Positions 61,841 to 64,000 of a stretch of DNA of 64,000 nucleotides are shown here, in pieces. The position numbers were made by a program, and so were the translations under genes. The notes below the pieces were generated by a model. That model was not told the DNA's origin, did not search any database, and saw nothing but the letters and a program-made list of their open reading frames with translations. Within the stretch, counting starts at the first letter, position 1; each line of letters starts with the position of its first letter. This DNA is from Gekko japonicus (Eukaryota): positions 242,877-306,876 of the forward strand of contig NW_015170904.1 of assembly GCF_001447785.1 (NCBI RefSeq), given 5' to 3'.

Positions 61841-62141
61841 NNNNNNNNNNNNNNNNNNNNNNNNNNNNNNNNNNNNNNNNNNNNNNNNNNNNNNNNNNNN
61901 NNNNNNNNNNNNNNNNNNNNNNNNNNNNNNNNNNNNNNNNNNNNNNNNNNNNNNNNNNNNNNNNNNNNNNNNNNNNNNNNNNNNNNNNNNNNNNNNNNNN
62001 NNNNNNNNNNNNNNNNNNNNNNNNNNNNNNNNNNNNNNNNNNNNNNNNNNNNNNNNNNNNNNNNNNNNNNNNNNNNNNNNNNNNNNNNNNNNNNNNNNNN
62101 NNNNNNNNNNNNNNNNNNNNNNNNNNNNNNNNNNNNNNNNN

Positions 62142-62430
62142 TTTGGTGTCGTGGTTAAGTGCGCGGACTCTAATCTGGGAGAACTGGGTTTGATTCCCCA
62201 CTCCTCCACTTGCACCTGGCTGGATGACCTTGGGTAAGCCCTAGTTCTGATAAGAGCTGTTCTTGAAAAAGAGCAGTTTCTGTCAGAGCTCTCTCAGCCC
62301 CACCTACCTCACAGGGTGTCTGTTGTGGGGAGGGGGAGGGAAAGGAGTTTGTAAGCCGCTCTGAGACACCTTTGGGTAGTGAAGGGTGGGGTATAAATTC
62401 AATCTCCTCCTCCTCCTCTTCTTCTTCTTC
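62142..62430 (+). mobile_element. Squam3-like SINE
   Basis: Same structure as 13333-13610, with a (TCC)n(TTC)n tail. Confidence 0.85.
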
Positions 62431-63016
62431 TTTGGTTTATGGGGGGGCTGATTTAGATTGGGACCATGGCATGTGGGAAAGAAGGGGCTTGTAACTCCAC
62501 CTTGTGCCTTTTTCCCAATCTGAAATAGCTGAGGGAGCCACTATTTGCACTGATCGGGAAACTGCAATGTAGCCATATCAATGGACATGCAGTTCCCAGT
62601 GGGACTAAATGGCAGCTTATCAGGGCTGTTTCAGGTTGGGAAGATGGTATGCGGATGCAGGTCTAACCCTCTTGTCCCTGTGTGTCTTGGTCCCAATCCC
62701 AAATCTGGCCCTTGTGTAGCTGGGAAGCATGCAGATCCCGGAATGCATCTGTGATCCAACTCAGGGATGTAAGTAACCAGGAAAAACACAGTTATGGTTT
62801 CCATTAGATGGAGAGTAAACACAGGTGCTTTTAAGGGGACCTGCTTTCAGAGATGGTGATTGGCCTCTGCCAGGGACTTCAGGGGACCTTTGGTCTCCTT
62901 TTCCATGTTCTGCACATTCATCTCTGCCTCATTAGTCCTCTCAAAGAAGAAGAGCAACATCAGGGAAAGGCCTTGGCCTGTACGCCCTGTTGTTGCCCCC
63001 GCCCCCCACCCCAAGC

Positions 63017-63075
63017 AACTGGTTGGCGACTGTGTGAGACAGGATGCTGGACTAGATGGGCTTTTTAATGTTCTT
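63017..63075 (+). mobile_element. Short CR1-type 3'-end remnant
   Basis: CTGGTTGGCGACTGTGTGAGACAGGATGCTGGACTAGATGGGC...ATGTTCTT. Confidence 0.6.
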
Positions 63076-64000
63076 TTGTTGGTTTAGCATCCAAGATAAT
63101 TTAGCTTTAGCTTCCATTTTGGTACTGCCGAAGAAGACAGTCACTCATTTCTAACTGTTGCAGCAGATATTATATACTGTAGATTTTACTTTCTGGATAA
63201 TCTAGGATGGATTTCTTTTCTCAATTTTTTCCTTTTTCTTCAGTATCTTATAAAACTTGGGCAACCACTGCTGCTAGTCACAAGAAAAGCTTTCTTTGTG
63301 AATTGGTTAGTTATCATAAACATGGTCAAGCATTGAGTACAGCAGATTTCAAAACAATTTAGGAGATTAGAAGTTAAAACCAGTATACCTGGAGCCATAT
63401 TAGAACAATTTAATACATTGCCAATGTCCCATCATTCTGGGAGACAAGGAATTGCATTATATATTTGTAGTGCCTCATATCAAATTCAGTATAACCAACA
63501 AAAACTTAGTTAATTAACTTACAGAATGGCAGTTACCATATATTTATCTGAAAAATGTAATTGGTAGGAGTGGCTTTAAAACTCTACTAAGAATTTATGT
63601 TTTCTTAACTTCCAGACCAGTGGACTAGCCTGTGAGTATAAGATTTAAATTTACCTTTAGTTGATGACTAGCACCAGTAATAGGTATTCCTAGTTTTTCC
63701 TCCTCCCTCAACTCTCCACAGTCTACTGATATGAATACAATGCCTTGTGAATTATGGGTCACTGCAGCCATTCCACCCCACCACCTCTATGAGAAGACAT
63801 GAAACTAGATTTGCAGCTCTGTGAGAGATTAAATGGGAACGACAAAGTTGGGTTTCATTGGCATATCAGTGATAATTCTGTCCAGATTTCTGTAGCCTTT
63901 TGACCAGCACTTTCATATGCATATCGAGCAGTTATGATCAAAAGAGGGTCATGTGGGGCCCTAAAAGGAAATTTTTCAGGATATGGGGACTGCAGGGTGT

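Noticed and set aside
61622-62215. Poly-S/R/K/F ORFs
   Set aside because: Triplet microsatellite plus N gap
1-64000. CRISPR arrays, operons, endogenous viral genes, or a named host gene
   Set aside because: No regularly spaced repeat-spacer structure and no intact viral or prokaryotic ORFs; I could not recognise the host gene from the single candidate non-coding exon

Overview
Non-coding vertebrate genomic DNA with several assembly gaps. The repeat content (Sauria SINE, Squam3-like tRNA SINEs, 5S-derived SINEs, BovB/RTE, L2, CR1, Penelope) points to a squamate reptile; a gecko is plausible but is inference. I find no intact protein-coding exon. The listed ORFs are chance ORFs, GC-rich repeat ORFs, or decayed retrotransposon ORF1/ORF2 fragments. 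The window looks like a long intron or 5'-UTR intron of an unidentified large gene (one candidate 60-nt + strand non-coding exon at 39021-39080) or intergenic DNA. The first ~48 kb is TE-rich and ~49.6-61.3 kb is TE-poor. The most interesting signals are: (1) three dispersed non-autonomous Helitron-like elements (6382-~8633, 23100-24292, 32331-~33804) that share a 48-nt hairpin+CTRR 3' terminus, have different TC 5' ends, and are built from duplicated fragments of other TEs; the apparent CpG island at 7.7-8.6 kb ends at a Helitron-type 5' terminus with four stacked hairpins; (2) an ORF1-only, polyadenylated, TSD-flanked half-L1 (HAL1-like) retrocopy at 47787-48530; (3) a 100-bp-arm near-perfect palindrome at 24822-25031; (4) a decayed Penelope hammerhead-ribozyme core near 47.25 kb; (5) a possible recursive-splice-type exon at 39021. 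All family names come from recognition of sequence hallmarks, not from database searches.
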